Origin: a virus
Taxonomy: Duplodnaviria > Caudoviricetes
Length of the DNA stretch: 56,390 bases
Direction: 5' to 3' (one strand)
Virus record (IMG/VR): IMGVR_UViG_3300006736_003202
Coordinates: 1 to 56,390 of that record
Shown: positions 30,001 through 40,300 of the stretch, in pieces
How the letters are laid out: every line of letters starts with the position of its first letter
Position numbering within the stretch: the stretch's first letter is position 1
The notes under the pieces: model-generated
What the model saw: only the letters and a program-made list of their open reading frames with translations
The model's database searches: none
Told to the model about the DNA's origin: nothing
Position numbers and translations under genes: made by a program

Positions 30001-30380
30001 GCGCCGTATCAGTAAGCTATGGAAAGGACGGCCCATATGTAACGGACATTAGTTTTAATTATACAGACACCGATGGGTGGGCTAGTAAAAAGGATCGGGA
30101 TATAGATCAATGGTTTGTGTTAGAATTTGATAAGTGGGACATGGTATTATTAAGAAACTTTAAAACGCGCTTGAAAAAGCTTTTTCGTAGTTTTTATCGA
30201 AGTCGTAAGTTTACTCCCGGCGATGATGATGGACCAAGTGCTGGTACAATTTGGTTAGCTGGTCTTCGAGAGTCTTTTCGGCCCGTCCCCGGCCGGTCAA
30301 TGCTTCCTTGGTGGCGACGCGGCAGATTACGTCCCAACCCGTTTAATGCGGAAGAGGAATTGTGCACGAAAAAAGATTAG
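24048..30380 (+). CDS. Very large (2110 aa) probable virion protein of unknown function
   Basis: Long uninterrupted ORF with AAGGAG SD, between the spike-like gene and gp25. N-terminal DRNNDGLID Ca-binding-like motif; helical Cys-containing mid-region. Confidence 0.8.
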   Translation: MADSTFLSWQDRNNDGLIDVCGPAPSSPIICLECSPNPKALVPNWRNRTIDEPFLNEKLCEYWITVPTAYTEISHNLEGKAEIQKTRAVSALLDIFDKDTSHETFSALSAALHLKDFDLDPRPNSRAKFLYGVSYSDLHDLKDAVEEDEEVEEEREDVLVTYQASSIKSQLIRVRKGLSLYSRFLKVYQGVEGGNLYFEDAESGESRAIFNLESYGDIGMWPSASKMGSMLVELDKFLNGKGLNIPGSGPIVFFQDRVVKIEILYSGEYDLKRMKVWTEDCGEKPKVYTSKLSRLKSKPGWRDRTARGYFAQLQQMHSALGAREAWPWIEFVTNFTYPPVIAVKLPTDSTPGETVGSCVMEALENEAKQLGQDILDDVFGLGDAIAYMFHNNLCQSSLEDVIASDEELGLLPNLDNPGAFDRSKVSSMATEQAFKKLKTNNPIGNYLCANVLGLGLPAVGGICGSAGAQMEALWKEGFDGLKWCGLLDLLMEVIRCLMGGLTLEEALASICESALQAMGIENFGDLFIGLDPEKQAALDALVKQKLSEGQLFKSDSQNAIVGDSTAGNYVIEKPWENQELIDKERKNQVEGPVDGMTPQQTQDTSTAQRRTLAQQFDMGASANQLDSNIVMQAYFKALLEMFDGMLLELVDILNKFPGAQLIAGIIALLDCPRPPIFNPSIMDFLKDLELPFCRNMTDITLPRIENPFGWLPKFKDIWRWLWLALKCAIQQLIVSILMKLLVKLCELLGDAICKALEVAGAMAAALVDSSTTFAAAIRKAICGEEADDAQVEATIEDLFGTLGAGGAAFGDREAVINFAEDIASSVTQRELLEGFTGVPSQALLNITDTLIEWEYPEFRDGLGGTDDIERFFVNVGKLLPVDFKAEIEDYLDSVPLNDTTPANPTLCATPKQLEDFKNLRCELLEGRATKEQCDAMYESIRGQFLDDLDDLGAVVQGGPTAFIMDNMPPIVSTNPDPDCQDGLIPLEPEEAAASAKAALGGALEQLKVDFSKDMLGNGGLFASDKDWGMINMILSDTMGKPYTAHKRKVFNDRSYVDFYVDLGNTWASAFDKDQAAFEQVSALYKQQGAYPVRVGGWLQDYMKDEVEINFKGNNSLAGRKDTYVSFETLGFTGLFGGDIDLLAVPDMGYNIGLGVNMGAESVLFKRMPRKASPDLNLSFRDNAKGLSANFGGTYAWGYDAQIYLSDLVQPESAPHNMGSSPVGTYSYADNARVKITEFFNMGVDTDFSPTQHMDRKEKKEFEKDQKNSIIKDRALEFVAIDDAFENFEEIAADYPNFYQCFTNLVGAPPETILLKEMINSGSQAIGIPVDTVTSGAAGDARDDAIQTLTKRFMDLVANNDIAFNYGAQFDPLTLSDIEYVTDNGVAYHEAVNDEGEPLSNDDMILGKSRDQYLNGKDARVIYLDPNKFGGTYMNPPLYIRPVVNKGWLGMVDVLFPDISPCKPQRTDLIDFGDIQDKINERYPQIPHDQRLKSDPDCVLEVPFNRILERSAKAELEGLISSAIRAFVSVEMLKGLATFSTFNPSCPYTYSKLFAAYVVELMEKGFKDPSTAPWDFFSPFSDHEFWYAFLETAVQIYNYRISLDEIQPPQSVLGALIEIDNMQSEYKYPYHEELSDAKSTNPRDAGMLETLKGYRESKNLEAVQKIEESAKIVLAELVVEQINYMGKKFVDNLKVLDIKPTIFDLDYYLLQYFAAGSELILDWDIKPEVVGLGEPGDSELYTSGKSFSDAETGEEYEGYYHVFRDPMDGSALYAAGEFWIADDEPRLLRPLANKLTVPIGDVASLGEASPGSDDFLIIEKYISINGGKKTPADALAVIKDLPPTDNISQHYPGSMENVYNDDGEEVGIKGSMGVRYGLQVSAVIGSQQVPITSVEVDSLDVECANAQPFEADSNLLYCLILKLREDARFKLLTRYILPLPKMVSLIAIYNSYGLLQSIGQICAETGDTFGVTPPGKFAGIGTKPGRAVSVSYGKDGPYVTDISFNYTDTDGWASKKDRDIDQWFVLEFDKWDMVLLRNFKTRLKKLFRSFYRSRKFTPGDDDGPSAGTIWLAGLRESFRPVPGRSMLPWWRRGRLRPNPFNAEEELCTKKD

Positions 30381-30383
30381 TAG

Positions 30384-30391
30384 CATAATTA
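30384..30391 (+). promoter_or_regulatory. Candidate late promoter element (YAHTTA)
   Basis: CATAATTA ends 19 nt before the gp25 ATG, in a short intergenic gap. Confidence 0.35.
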
Positions 30392-30410
30392 TTAGATAGG
30401 AGAAACAATT

Positions 30411-30779
30411 ATGGCCTCATTTAGTGTAGCGCTCCCCTTAGAGTTTGATGCCACTGATGGCTTTAGAATGATAAAAGAGTTTAATTCGCTCATTCGACAA
30501 AATTTAAAAATGATATTGTTGACCGATCCTGGCGAACGCGTGATGGATCCGTTGTTTGGTGCTGGCATTAAAACTTTCTTATTCGAAAGTTTTAATGCCG
30601 GGGTTGGACCGCAGCTTGAGGGCATTATTAGAAAGCAGGTATCCACCTATATGCCATCGGTGCAAATTGAGAAAATCGATTTTCACACAATGGATCCCGA
30701 CGCAAACACCATAGGCTTCGCCATAGTATATAATGTTCCTCAGATTGGCGTAAAAGATTTACTAGAATTTACTATTTAA
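30411..30779 (+). CDS. Baseplate wedge subunit, GPW/gp25 family
   Basis: IRQNLKMILLTDPGERVMDPLFGAGI...LFE motif, 122 aa. Confidence 0.93.
   Translation: MASFSVALPLEFDATDGFRMIKEFNSLIRQNLKMILLTDPGERVMDPLFGAGIKTFLFESFNAGVGPQLEGIIRKQVSTYMPSVQIEKIDFHTMDPDANTIGFAIVYNVPQIGVKDLLEFTI
30771..30778 (+). promoter_or_regulatory. Candidate late promoter element (ACTATTTA)
   Basis: Ends 17 nt before the gp6 ATG; the identical octamer occurs before 55319. Confidence 0.4.
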
Positions 30780-30795
30780 AAAAGGGGGATTTTTA

Positions 30796-32595
30796 ATGCC
30801 AGATGACCAAAAAAACATAATACCTATAAATTATACTCATCGTGAGTTTAAATCTATTAGGCAAGATCTGCTACAAATCGCAGAAAGACTATACCCCGAT
30901 TCTTTCCAAGATTTCAGCGAAGCATCTTTTGGATCATTGATGCTGGACGCAGTTGCTTATGTGGGAGATCAACTTTCCTTTTATTTAGATTATAATGTTA
31001 ATGAGGCATTTTTAGACACTGCTTACCAATATTCTAATATTATAAGACACGGGCGCACACTAGGATATAAAGACACAGGCCGGCCATCTACTTACGGAGA
31101 GGTGGCCCTTTTCGTTCAAGTCCCCGCTAGCGGCTATGGTATAGGTCCGGACACTAAATATTTACCCGTCTTAAAAAGAGGAAGCCGGTTTGCCTCGGTT
31201 AATGGCTTAAGTTATGTATTGGTCGAAGACATTGACATGTCGTCACCCAAAAACCCCGTCATTGTATCCCAAGTAGATTCAGATACTGGTGCACCCACGA
31301 ATTATGCGGTCAAAGCCTACGGAACAGTAGTGTCTGGCTATTACGGCGAAGAAAAAGTTAAAATAGGGCCTTATGAAAGATTTAAACGCGTACGCCTTGC
31401 CACCGCCAACATATCAGAGGTTACCTCAGTATTCGACTCGGAAGGCCACGAATATTTCGAGGTAGATTATCTATCCCAAGATATGGTATATAAAGAAATT
31501 ACCAACACCAATTATCAAAACGACAACGTACCTTCGATATTGAAGCCCTATCTGGTTTCTCGAAAGTTTGTAGTAGAGAAAGATCGTTTTAGCACAGATC
31601 TTCAATTTGGCTCAGGCAAAGCCGGCGAATCGGATGTAATTGCTAACCCCCAATCTGTGGCTTTAGATATCTTTGGAAAGAATTATGTAACCGACACTAC
31701 GTTTGACCCTACGCGGCTAACCAAAAATGAAAATTTTGGAATTGTGCCGTCGAACACCACATTAACAATTGCTTATCGAGTTACTAACCCGGGCGATTCT
31801 AACGCAGCCGTGGGCGCGATAAACTCAGTATCCAATGTTAGTGTAGAGTTTAAAGATGCCAATACCTTAACTCCCACTACAATGCGGTCAGTTATTGCGT
31901 CTGTGGAAGTTAACAATGAAGTACCTATTATTGGTAACGTGAGTACTCCCACGTCCACCGAACTTAAACGCAGAGTATACGACACGTTCCCTACTCAAAA
32001 TCGTGCCGTAACACAGGCTGATTATGAGAACTTATCATATAGAATGCCCGCCAAGTTTGGATCTATAAAGAGAGTATCTGTCCAAAAAGATCCGGACTCA
32101 CAAAAACGAAATTTGAACCTGTACGTTGTATCAGAAGATGAGTTTGGAAAATTAGTTAAAACTAACCGTACCATTAAAAATAATTTAAAAACGTGGTTGA
32201 ATAGCCATCGTATGATTAATGATACTATTGACATTCTTGATCCCTATATTCTTAATTTAGGAATCGAGTTTGTGGTTAAGCCCGCGCACGATGCAGACAA
32301 ATATGTGCTACTAGATCAGTGCGTAAGTATGCTTAAAACCGAGTTTGCTAACACCTCCTTTTACATAGGAGAAGCTGTTTATATTAGTAATATTTTTGCA
32401 GCCCTTAAAAAAGTGCCGGGTGTATTAGATGTACTCAAAGCAAAATTAGTAACCCGCTTTGGAAGTGGATATTCTGATGCTCAAATTATTATTAATAATA
32501 GTCTCGCACCAGATGGAAGCTATTTAATTGTTCCTAAAAATGCAATTGTAGAGTTTAAGTATCCGTCGGTAGACATCAAAGGAAAGATTAGGTAA
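30796..32595 (+). CDS. Baseplate wedge subunit, T4 gp6 / baseplate J-like
   Basis: YT.REF..IR..L, FQDFSEASFG.LML...AYVGD.LSFYLD....E.FLDTA, LGY, LQFG.G, QNRAVT..DYE. Confidence 0.92.
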   Translation: MPDDQKNIIPINYTHREFKSIRQDLLQIAERLYPDSFQDFSEASFGSLMLDAVAYVGDQLSFYLDYNVNEAFLDTAYQYSNIIRHGRTLGYKDTGRPSTYGEVALFVQVPASGYGIGPDTKYLPVLKRGSRFASVNGLSYVLVEDIDMSSPKNPVIVSQVDSDTGAPTNYAVKAYGTVVSGYYGEEKVKIGPYERFKRVRLATANISEVTSVFDSEGHEYFEVDYLSQDMVYKEITNTNYQNDNVPSILKPYLVSRKFVVEKDRFSTDLQFGSGKAGESDVIANPQSVALDIFGKNYVTDTTFDPTRLTKNENFGIVPSNTTLTIAYRVTNPGDSNAAVGAINSVSNVSVEFKDANTLTPTTMRSVIASVEVNNEVPIIGNVSTPTSTELKRRVYDTFPTQNRAVTQADYENLSYRMPAKFGSIKRVSVQKDPDSQKRNLNLYVVSEDEFGKLVKTNRTIKNNLKTWLNSHRMINDTIDILDPYILNLGIEFVVKPAHDADKYVLLDQCVSMLKTEFANTSFYIGEAVYISNIFAALKKVPGVLDVLKAKLVTRFGSGYSDAQIIINNSLAPDGSYLIVPKNAIVEFKYPSVDIKGKIR

Positions 32596-34331
32596 TGGCG
32601 ATTAAAAGATATGTAGCGAGCGCTGACACTACCATTGTGAACGCATATCAGCAAAATTTAGAGACCCGGGGTACCGGAGCAAACATGGGCGCAGCAGATG
32701 TAATGGAGGTGTTTTCTATCTACGGAAGACAATCTACCAGTTCGGCAGAACTTTCTCGCATTCTTATTAAATTTCCCGTCGCCACTGTTGTAACAGATCG
32801 GAGCGCCGGCACAATACCTGCCAGCGGAAGCGTCAGCTTTTACATGAAATTATATAACGCTGTCACTTCAAAAACTGTACCTGTTGATTATACCTTAATG
32901 GTGCAGGCTGTTTCTCAGTCGTGGCAAGAGGGCATCGGCCTAGATCTCGAAGACTATAGAGATCTCACCAAAGGAAACGCAGGCTCCAACTGGATGTCAG
33001 CTTCTAACACTGCTTATTGGGCAAATGCCGACGGGACTGTTCTAGCCGGCGGCTCCTTCCACACACGATCGTTTGGTGGCGGTACTGCCGGATCCCCAAA
33101 CGAAATTCATGTATTTTCACAGTCATTTACAACCGGACTAGAAGATTTAGAAGTCGATATTACCCCTCTGGTGGAACAATGGATTGCCGAGACGTGGGGT
33201 AACTATGGGGTGGGTGTCCACCTTACGGCCAGCCAAGAAGCCAAACATTCAGGTTCTGCGCCCAGCGTGGAAAAAAGATATCCCGGATATCCTGCGCTAG
33301 ATAGAGGCGGTAACGATAAACAAAATGTGCTTTATAACCCAAGCGGCTCCACCGAGTCTTACTACACAAAGAGATTTTTTGCTCGAAAGAGTCAATTTTT
33401 TTACAAGCGCCCATCTTTAGAAGCGAGATGGGATTCTTCGGTTAAAGATAACCGCGGCGACTTCTATTATAGCAGTTCGTTAGCTTCGTCCGGAGACAAT
33501 CTCAATACAATTTATCTTTATAACTATGTTCGCGGCGAACTCGCGGATATTCCTAACTTAGGAAAGGACAAGCGCGTTTATGTTAGCATTTTCTCGGGGT
33601 CAGTTGGCGGGTTTTATGGTAATCAGGGCGGCGGCGACGGCGACGACGTCGCCCCCTCTAACTACCCGGTTTCAGGTACGACTGGGAGTATTCAGATATT
33701 GTCTCCCGATAATAACGACTATGTCCGCGCAGATTATCTCACGCTTGTAACGGGAGGAATTGTATCAACAGGCATTTATAGTGCTTCGTTTGCTTTCACT
33801 GGCGCAGAAATACTTAATACGATTTATGACGTCTGGTTCACTGGTAGTCACAGCATTCAAGACGCAAGAACAGCACCTACTCAATACTTTACTGGTGCGA
33901 TTAAACCGAAAACTCTTCGATCTTCCCCGGCTGTTTCTAACCCTGTATATTATTTGAACATTACAAATCTACGAGGAAAATATCGCAGCAACGAAAAGGC
34001 TCGGCTTAACCTTTATGTAAGAGACAAGTACTGGAGTCCCACCATCTACACGGTCGCTAACGACGATCCGCCAGCTACCACCATACCCAGCGCCTCCTAC
34101 AAAGTATATCGTGTACTCGACGCGCTAGATGTTATTCCCTATGGCACAGGAAGCGACTTGCACACAGTTCTTTCCTATGATATATCTGGTAATTATTTTG
34201 ATTTAGATATGCGTTTACTAGAGCCGGGCTATGCCTATGCTCTTCAGTTCTCTTTCTATGATTCCGCACTTAGTTCTTGGACCGAACAAAAACAAGTATT
34301 TAAATTTAGAGTAGAGAGTTATGAGTATTAA
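32595..34331 (+). CDS. Virion structural protein with DNRLRE-like N-terminal domain
   Basis: ADT.I...N.G...SRILIKF..., W.EG.G, W, VDITPLVEQW....NYG...F.....P.LE pattern; TAATG-coupled to gp6. Confidence 0.65.
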   Translation: MAIKRYVASADTTIVNAYQQNLETRGTGANMGAADVMEVFSIYGRQSTSSAELSRILIKFPVATVVTDRSAGTIPASGSVSFYMKLYNAVTSKTVPVDYTLMVQAVSQSWQEGIGLDLEDYRDLTKGNAGSNWMSASNTAYWANADGTVLAGGSFHTRSFGGGTAGSPNEIHVFSQSFTTGLEDLEVDITPLVEQWIAETWGNYGVGVHLTASQEAKHSGSAPSVEKRYPGYPALDRGGNDKQNVLYNPSGSTESYYTKRFFARKSQFFYKRPSLEARWDSSVKDNRGDFYYSSSLASSGDNLNTIYLYNYVRGELADIPNLGKDKRVYVSIFSGSVGGFYGNQGGGDGDDVAPSNYPVSGTTGSIQILSPDNNDYVRADYLTLVTGGIVSTGIYSASFAFTGAEILNTIYDVWFTGSHSIQDARTAPTQYFTGAIKPKTLRSSPAVSNPVYYLNITNLRGKYRSNEKARLNLYVRDKYWSPTIYTVANDDPPATTIPSASYKVYRVLDALDVIPYGTGSDLHTVLSYDISGNYFDLDMRLLEPGYAYALQFSFYDSALSSWTEQKQVFKFRVESYEY

Positions 34332-37300
34332 AAAACTATTTGATTCTACACACACACCCAAAAATTATTTAGGCGAGACCGACGAGAAACAAGCATATAA
34401 AGATGTTGAGTCGGCCACAAATGTAGAAGCAATTCGAACCAAGCAAGAAGCTTTTGTTCCTCAAATAGATTATAAAGATCCAGAGAATTTTGCCAAATTC
34501 GGATCTGCTTATTTATATTATAAGGCTGGCATAGAGAGGATTGTTGATTATTATCCCTATGACGGTTCTGATGCCGAGATTAACACCTTCTATAATGAAT
34601 GTCTGAATATTGAAAAATATATCTTTGACAAATTATATCCTCGTACAACCGGCTATGTGAACATGAGCGTGGGTGGATGGGGAGCAGTAGCGGAAGCCCC
34701 GTCAGCCGGAAACTCTTATTATGGAACGCCGTCAACGCTCGAATATATCACCTTTAAAGGTGGCCCACATACCACAAATGCCACATCTCTTGTGGCGAAA
34801 TCCCCCAACCCGTCCAACAACAAGTTTCAAGACGCCAATATATATGATGAAACTCCATATGTGACCGCCGGCATGCCGGCAACCTATGGATCCGGATCGC
34901 GTACCTCCAACCTCAAAAGTGACTTTGGAGCCGGCGTTACAATTGAATTTTGGTTGACGACGGGCTCTACTACCCCCGCCTCGTTCGTGGCCAACAACAC
35001 CCAAAAACAAGTGGTGCTGGATATTTGGAATAATGAATACATTGCCCCCGGAACAGCTAACCGCTCAGAACACTACGGGCGAATTTCGATTGTGCTAGAT
35101 GGTGATGCTGGTAGCGGATCACCATTTTTACTTACAGTACAGAGTGGAAGTAGTGGTGGAATAGTTGAACAAACTATTGGACAAAACATTAACTTAAACA
35201 CGCTGTCTAAGTGGCATCATTATGCGATTGTTTTAGAGAACACTGGAAGCCGATTTAAATCGACCCTATACGTCGACGGCAAAATGAATCAAATTAACAC
35301 ATATGCTAATTCTATTTCCACTTTAAATCCCAAAAATATGATGGGTCGGATCGGAGGCCTCTTGACGATGCCTACGGTGGCAAGTTCAACTGCCACGTCG
35401 GGTTCAGGCAAGCTAACTGGTTCGATGGATGAGTTCCGTTTTTGGAAAACTGCTCGCTCTGCTGAAGAGATTGGAAAACACTGGTTCACACAAGTTAGAG
35501 GAGGAACAAACTCCGACATTTCTAACACCACTCTGGGTATATATTACAAGTTTAACGCTGGAATTACCACCGATACTGCCTCCGACGCGGTAATACTTGA
35601 CTACTCTGGTCGAATTTCCAATGGTGCTTGGACCGGCTACACTACAAATTCTCGAAACACAGGGTCAGCTATTGTATCGGCGTCGGCTGCCTCAAAAGAA
35701 TACCGTGATCCCATTATTCGAGCGGAGCACCCCGATGTCGCATCTTTAAAGAAGTCTCTTTTGGCCAGTGGCTCATTCCACGATCTTAATAATGGAACTG
35801 CCTTCCTACATTATATGCCCGGCTGGGTCATCGAAGAGCAAGAATCCGAAGACGGAAGTGATCATTTGTCGAAGATGTGCCATATCATGGGCGCATATTT
35901 TGATAATCTTTACCTAATGATTCGTGAAGTACCACGCTTCAAAGGAAAAACTTATACTAGTTCTTCTTATAAGCCTGTGCCCTTCGCCAAGCACTTCCCA
36001 CAATCTTTGGGGTTATATGTTCCGGAATTGTTCGTCGATTCCGAAGTAATGGAAAGATTCTTAAATCGCGATGACGATTCGCTTTTTGAAGGAGATCTAA
36101 CAGAGACCAAGAATTTAATCTATCTCAACTTATACAATAACCTTACCAATATCTTCAAAAGTAAGGGCACAGAGAAAGCAATTCGCAATGTATATCGCTG
36201 CTTTAATATTGATGATGGATTGGTGCGCCTTAATGTTTACTCAGATAATAATGTTTATGAGCTGCAAAATAATTTAAAGCAGGTAATTGAAAAAAGGACG
36301 TCTCTCAACTTTAATTATCCGGGCAACACTAATGCTGTTGTGTACCAGCGGCAGTCGGGAGCATATGGTACAAGTACGGGTTATCAAACCGACACTACTG
36401 GCTCAGTTACCGGTTCTCTTATAGACGTTAATTATGCTGGAGCAGAAAACACTTACGGCCTCACCTTAGAGGCAGATGTAGAATTTCCCGATTATGTGGA
36501 TATTGAAAACTCCTTGTTGCCCGGTAGAGACAGAACCCGAAGCTCACTTTTCGGAATGTATACCGTCAACACTGCTAGTACTCAATGCTTGTTTGGAACA
36601 GATACGGCTTGGGTATCTGAGGATTCGCCCGACCGGGGCCGCGGCGGCTTAGACTACGCTAATATGCAGGTTAGTGTTCGTAAAGATCCTATAAATCCTA
36701 AAAATGTATACTTTCAATTAAGTTCTAGCAACTCCCCTTACTATATTCCTCTATTAACAAGCAGCATCTTCTACGATGTGTACAACAATGAAAGGTGGAA
36801 TCTTGCGGTACGTATCAAGCCCAGCTTAGCTCTAGCTGAGATTGTCAGTGGAGCTACCGATTATACTTATGATGTATCATTCCGTGGCGCTAGCACTATG
36901 CTTGGAGATGTACGGCGCTCCTTTGCTGTAACGACGTCGCTTACCAAAACCCAAGGACACAATTTGCTTGGGAGTACTAAGCGCGTTTACGCCGGCGCCC
37001 GACGCACCAACATAACAGGTACTGTGTTAACAGCTTCAGATGTGAGATTCGCCGGCGTTCGCTATTGGGGTAGATACTTAGAAGATAACACCCTTAATCA
37101 ACATGCCTTCGACTACGATAACTCAGGAATTTCAGGTTCTTATGAAAATATAGCCTTTAGAGATCGATATCTTAGTGCACAAGATGTTTTGAATTCAAGT
37201 ATGCTATTCTTAGATTGGCGATTTGATGGAATTACTGGCTCAAATATTGGTGGAGATTTTGTTGTAAAAGACTATAGCTCTGGATCATCCGTACTGCGTG

Positions 37301-40300
37301 AGAATTACGGATGGATTGGGAACTATCAAGGCTATCAACACACCGGCTATGGATATGGATTTAGAACGTCATCAGCAAATGTAGTTAATACCGAAAAGGT
37401 AAGTTCATATAAATTTGTTGACCCCGAGCGCGTAATTTCATCTGACATGATTAAGATTTTGAGTGACGATGATAAAGCTTTCGGATATCGTGAGGCCATC
37501 CCAAGCTATCGATATACTCTCGAAAAAAGTATGCAGAACGTTATTTCGGAAGAAATGTTAAATTTCTTTGCTGGGGTTGTTGATTTTAATAATCTTATTG
37601 GAGAAAGCGTTAACAGGTATCGTATGCGGTATAAAGGCCTGGATAAACTTAGAGAAAGTTTTTTCCGTCGTGTTACTAAAACATCCACTGTTGAAAAGTT
37701 TGTAAAGTATTATAGATGGTTTGATGATGCTATAGCTGAGGTGGTGGCACAAATTTTGCCGGCATCGGCTGATTTTAACCCCCACACTTTAAATGTAGTA
37801 GAAAGTCACATTTTAGAGCGCCCGAAATACCGACATCTTTTCCCGACTACTGAGTTTCAAGAGCCGTTTCTGGACGTAGCCCTTATGGGGGTGATTGAGA
37901 TGCTTTATCCGGCAGTTCTTGGTAGATCTCCGCTGGGCGAGTCGCCTCGACCCACGAATAAGCACAAGACTTTCTGGGCGGAGCGCGCCGAACGAAATGA
38001 AGGAGAAATCACATCGGGAGATAAAATAGTCGATGAGCAACGAAACATGTTCAGAGATGTTATCTACTCCGCGCCTGAATTGCCTACTCCTGATCAAATT
38101 AGTTATACCACTCTAAAAAGCGCTTACAAGGCGCACCGATATGAAAAACGGCGCTTCGGTCAAATCTATAGAATGACGCAAAAACTTTTCCGGCCCATTC
38201 ATGCCGGCACGAACTTCAAAGAAAACAAGGAGATAGGATTTACTTATAGTGCCCTCTATCCCGCCGGCCCAGTCAATACAGACGATGAAGTGTTTGTTCC
38301 TGAAAATGTTTTGGTTGCATACGAAGAAGATCTACAAGAATTGCCAGAGGTTGTTAACGAGGCCGCCTATGGACAATTGGATTGGAATCCCAACAAAAAA
38401 ATCAAGAGATTTGTAAAAGTAAATCATGGCAGACATTGGGAGAGAGGTCTGGGATATTATAATACTCTTTCAAAGTTTTCTTTCCCCTTCAACTTGATGA
38501 AATCCAGTGTAACTACTGGATATAACAAGCAAATTGTAGATGGGTTTGCTGAAAATGTCGAACTTACTAATCTTCATCATGATACATATGGCGACATGTT
38601 CGAAGTGCCCATGCAAGGCCCATTTACATATGATTCAGTGGGTGGCCACCAATCACGACACATTGCACTAAACCGCAGTGCCTCGTCACCGGCTCAACAA
38701 CATCAAGATTATGATGGTCTTGATAACTATCTCACCCGCCCCGAAGCGTGGAAGATCTTAACCGGTCGTTGCGTCGGAAATAGCGGCTCTCTTGGAATGG
38801 TGGGTGCCGATTACCCGTGGCCAGAAGCAAACGAAGAGGGCGAAAACCCATATCCCATGACGGGCGCCCAAAAGGCTATTTACTATCGCGATTATGTAGC
38901 AAAAAGACCGGTAAACATTAAGAACATCGCTTATACGACTGCATCACGATTCTTAGGAAACTACCAGCACAATTACCAAGTGGTGAGTTCGATGGGTTCT
39001 TATACCAATCCACGACGCTTCATAGATTTTCAGCCAACGCTGCCTACTAATGTAGTAGGAAATCGTCTAAAAACAGATGTTGTCAATATTATTCAAAACA
39101 TTGATCGCGGCACATCAGCACCATCCAGTTCCGACGCAACTCCTGGCACAAGCTCTCACTTCGACTGGAACTTGGATTATGCTCCGGTTCAGTTTACCGG
39201 AGCACTCAATAAGAGTATTTTTGTCGGACGCTTCCGCGCGCCCGGCGGCAGAGAGATTCAATCACGAGGTTTTCTCGACATTCGAGGCGCCGAGTATTCA
39301 GTCTATAATGCGCTTCCCTATCGAAACCTATCAGTAAGAAAGCCCCAGCAACCCCCCAGTGGCAGTCCCGACCGCCAGACCCAAGGTATCCGCGTTCGAG
39401 ATATTCATGGCAAAGATTGGGGACTGAATCCCCTCCTGGCCCGCCACACAGCACGCTTTGGTCGCGATTCTTACTGGGTGAGCGGTACGACTGCAGTGAT
39501 CAATGGGCCTGTATATACTGCTGGCGGACCAGGAGCCTCCTTCCTGCAGTATCCTGGCTTTCATAAGGTACATCGAAACAATGTGAAAAAACTTAAACTG
39601 GATTCCTGTACCTCAACTCCAATTTATAGTATTGCGAATCCTCTCGTAAATACGAAGGCGCTGTCGTTCGCCATGAGCGGCTATTCTGGTAACAGATCAG
39701 AATCCCTCATCAAGTCAGCAAGTTTCTCCACAGATTTTAACAAAATAACTATTAGCTTATGGCTTTACCGTCACAACACGGGTCTTAATGGTCAACTTCG
39801 TGGGATCGTCACGTTCGGTGATGACGTTAACGCCGGCGGCGCTGGTGTCGATGGTTACCCCACCATTGCATTGCTGTGCAGCAGCGATTATAAACCGAGA
39901 TTCAAATCAGTAGTAGTTGGAGGTACCAACGGCGACTGGTCGATAGACGCAGAAATCCCATCTGAAAGCTGGACACACTTAGTCGTAACGTATGATGGTA
40001 CCAGCACCACCGCTATACCCACATTTTATATGAACGCGGTTTCTCAATCGATTTCTAGCTTCCAGTCACCCTCCGACACCATGCAATCTATTACGGACAA
40101 ATATCCGGGATATTCAAGGATTGGGAACAAGTACGCCGGTGGCGCCTCGGGATATCAAGTTTTAAGCGGAACGAGTATTGATGAGGTGTCGTTCTACAGG
40201 ACCGATCTTAGTGCTTCGGAAGTTAGTACAATATATTGCAGTGGCAAGGTATTGGATTTAACGTCTTCAGACGCCCCCCGCATAGCCAGTACCACATTAA

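Noticed and set aside
30411-30779. gp25 as a lysozyme
   Set aside because: That is a legacy annotation of the family; established knowledge is that it is a structural sheath-initiating wedge protein.
21723-34331. Bacterial contractile injection system (eCIS/T6SS) or giant eukaryotic virus
   Set aside because: T4-style gp6, a phage-type sigma, SD-led overlapping genes and huge virion proteins fit a large myovirus. No Tss/Afp ATPase or NCLDV core genes were seen. Capsid genes are not in the window, so this rests on context.
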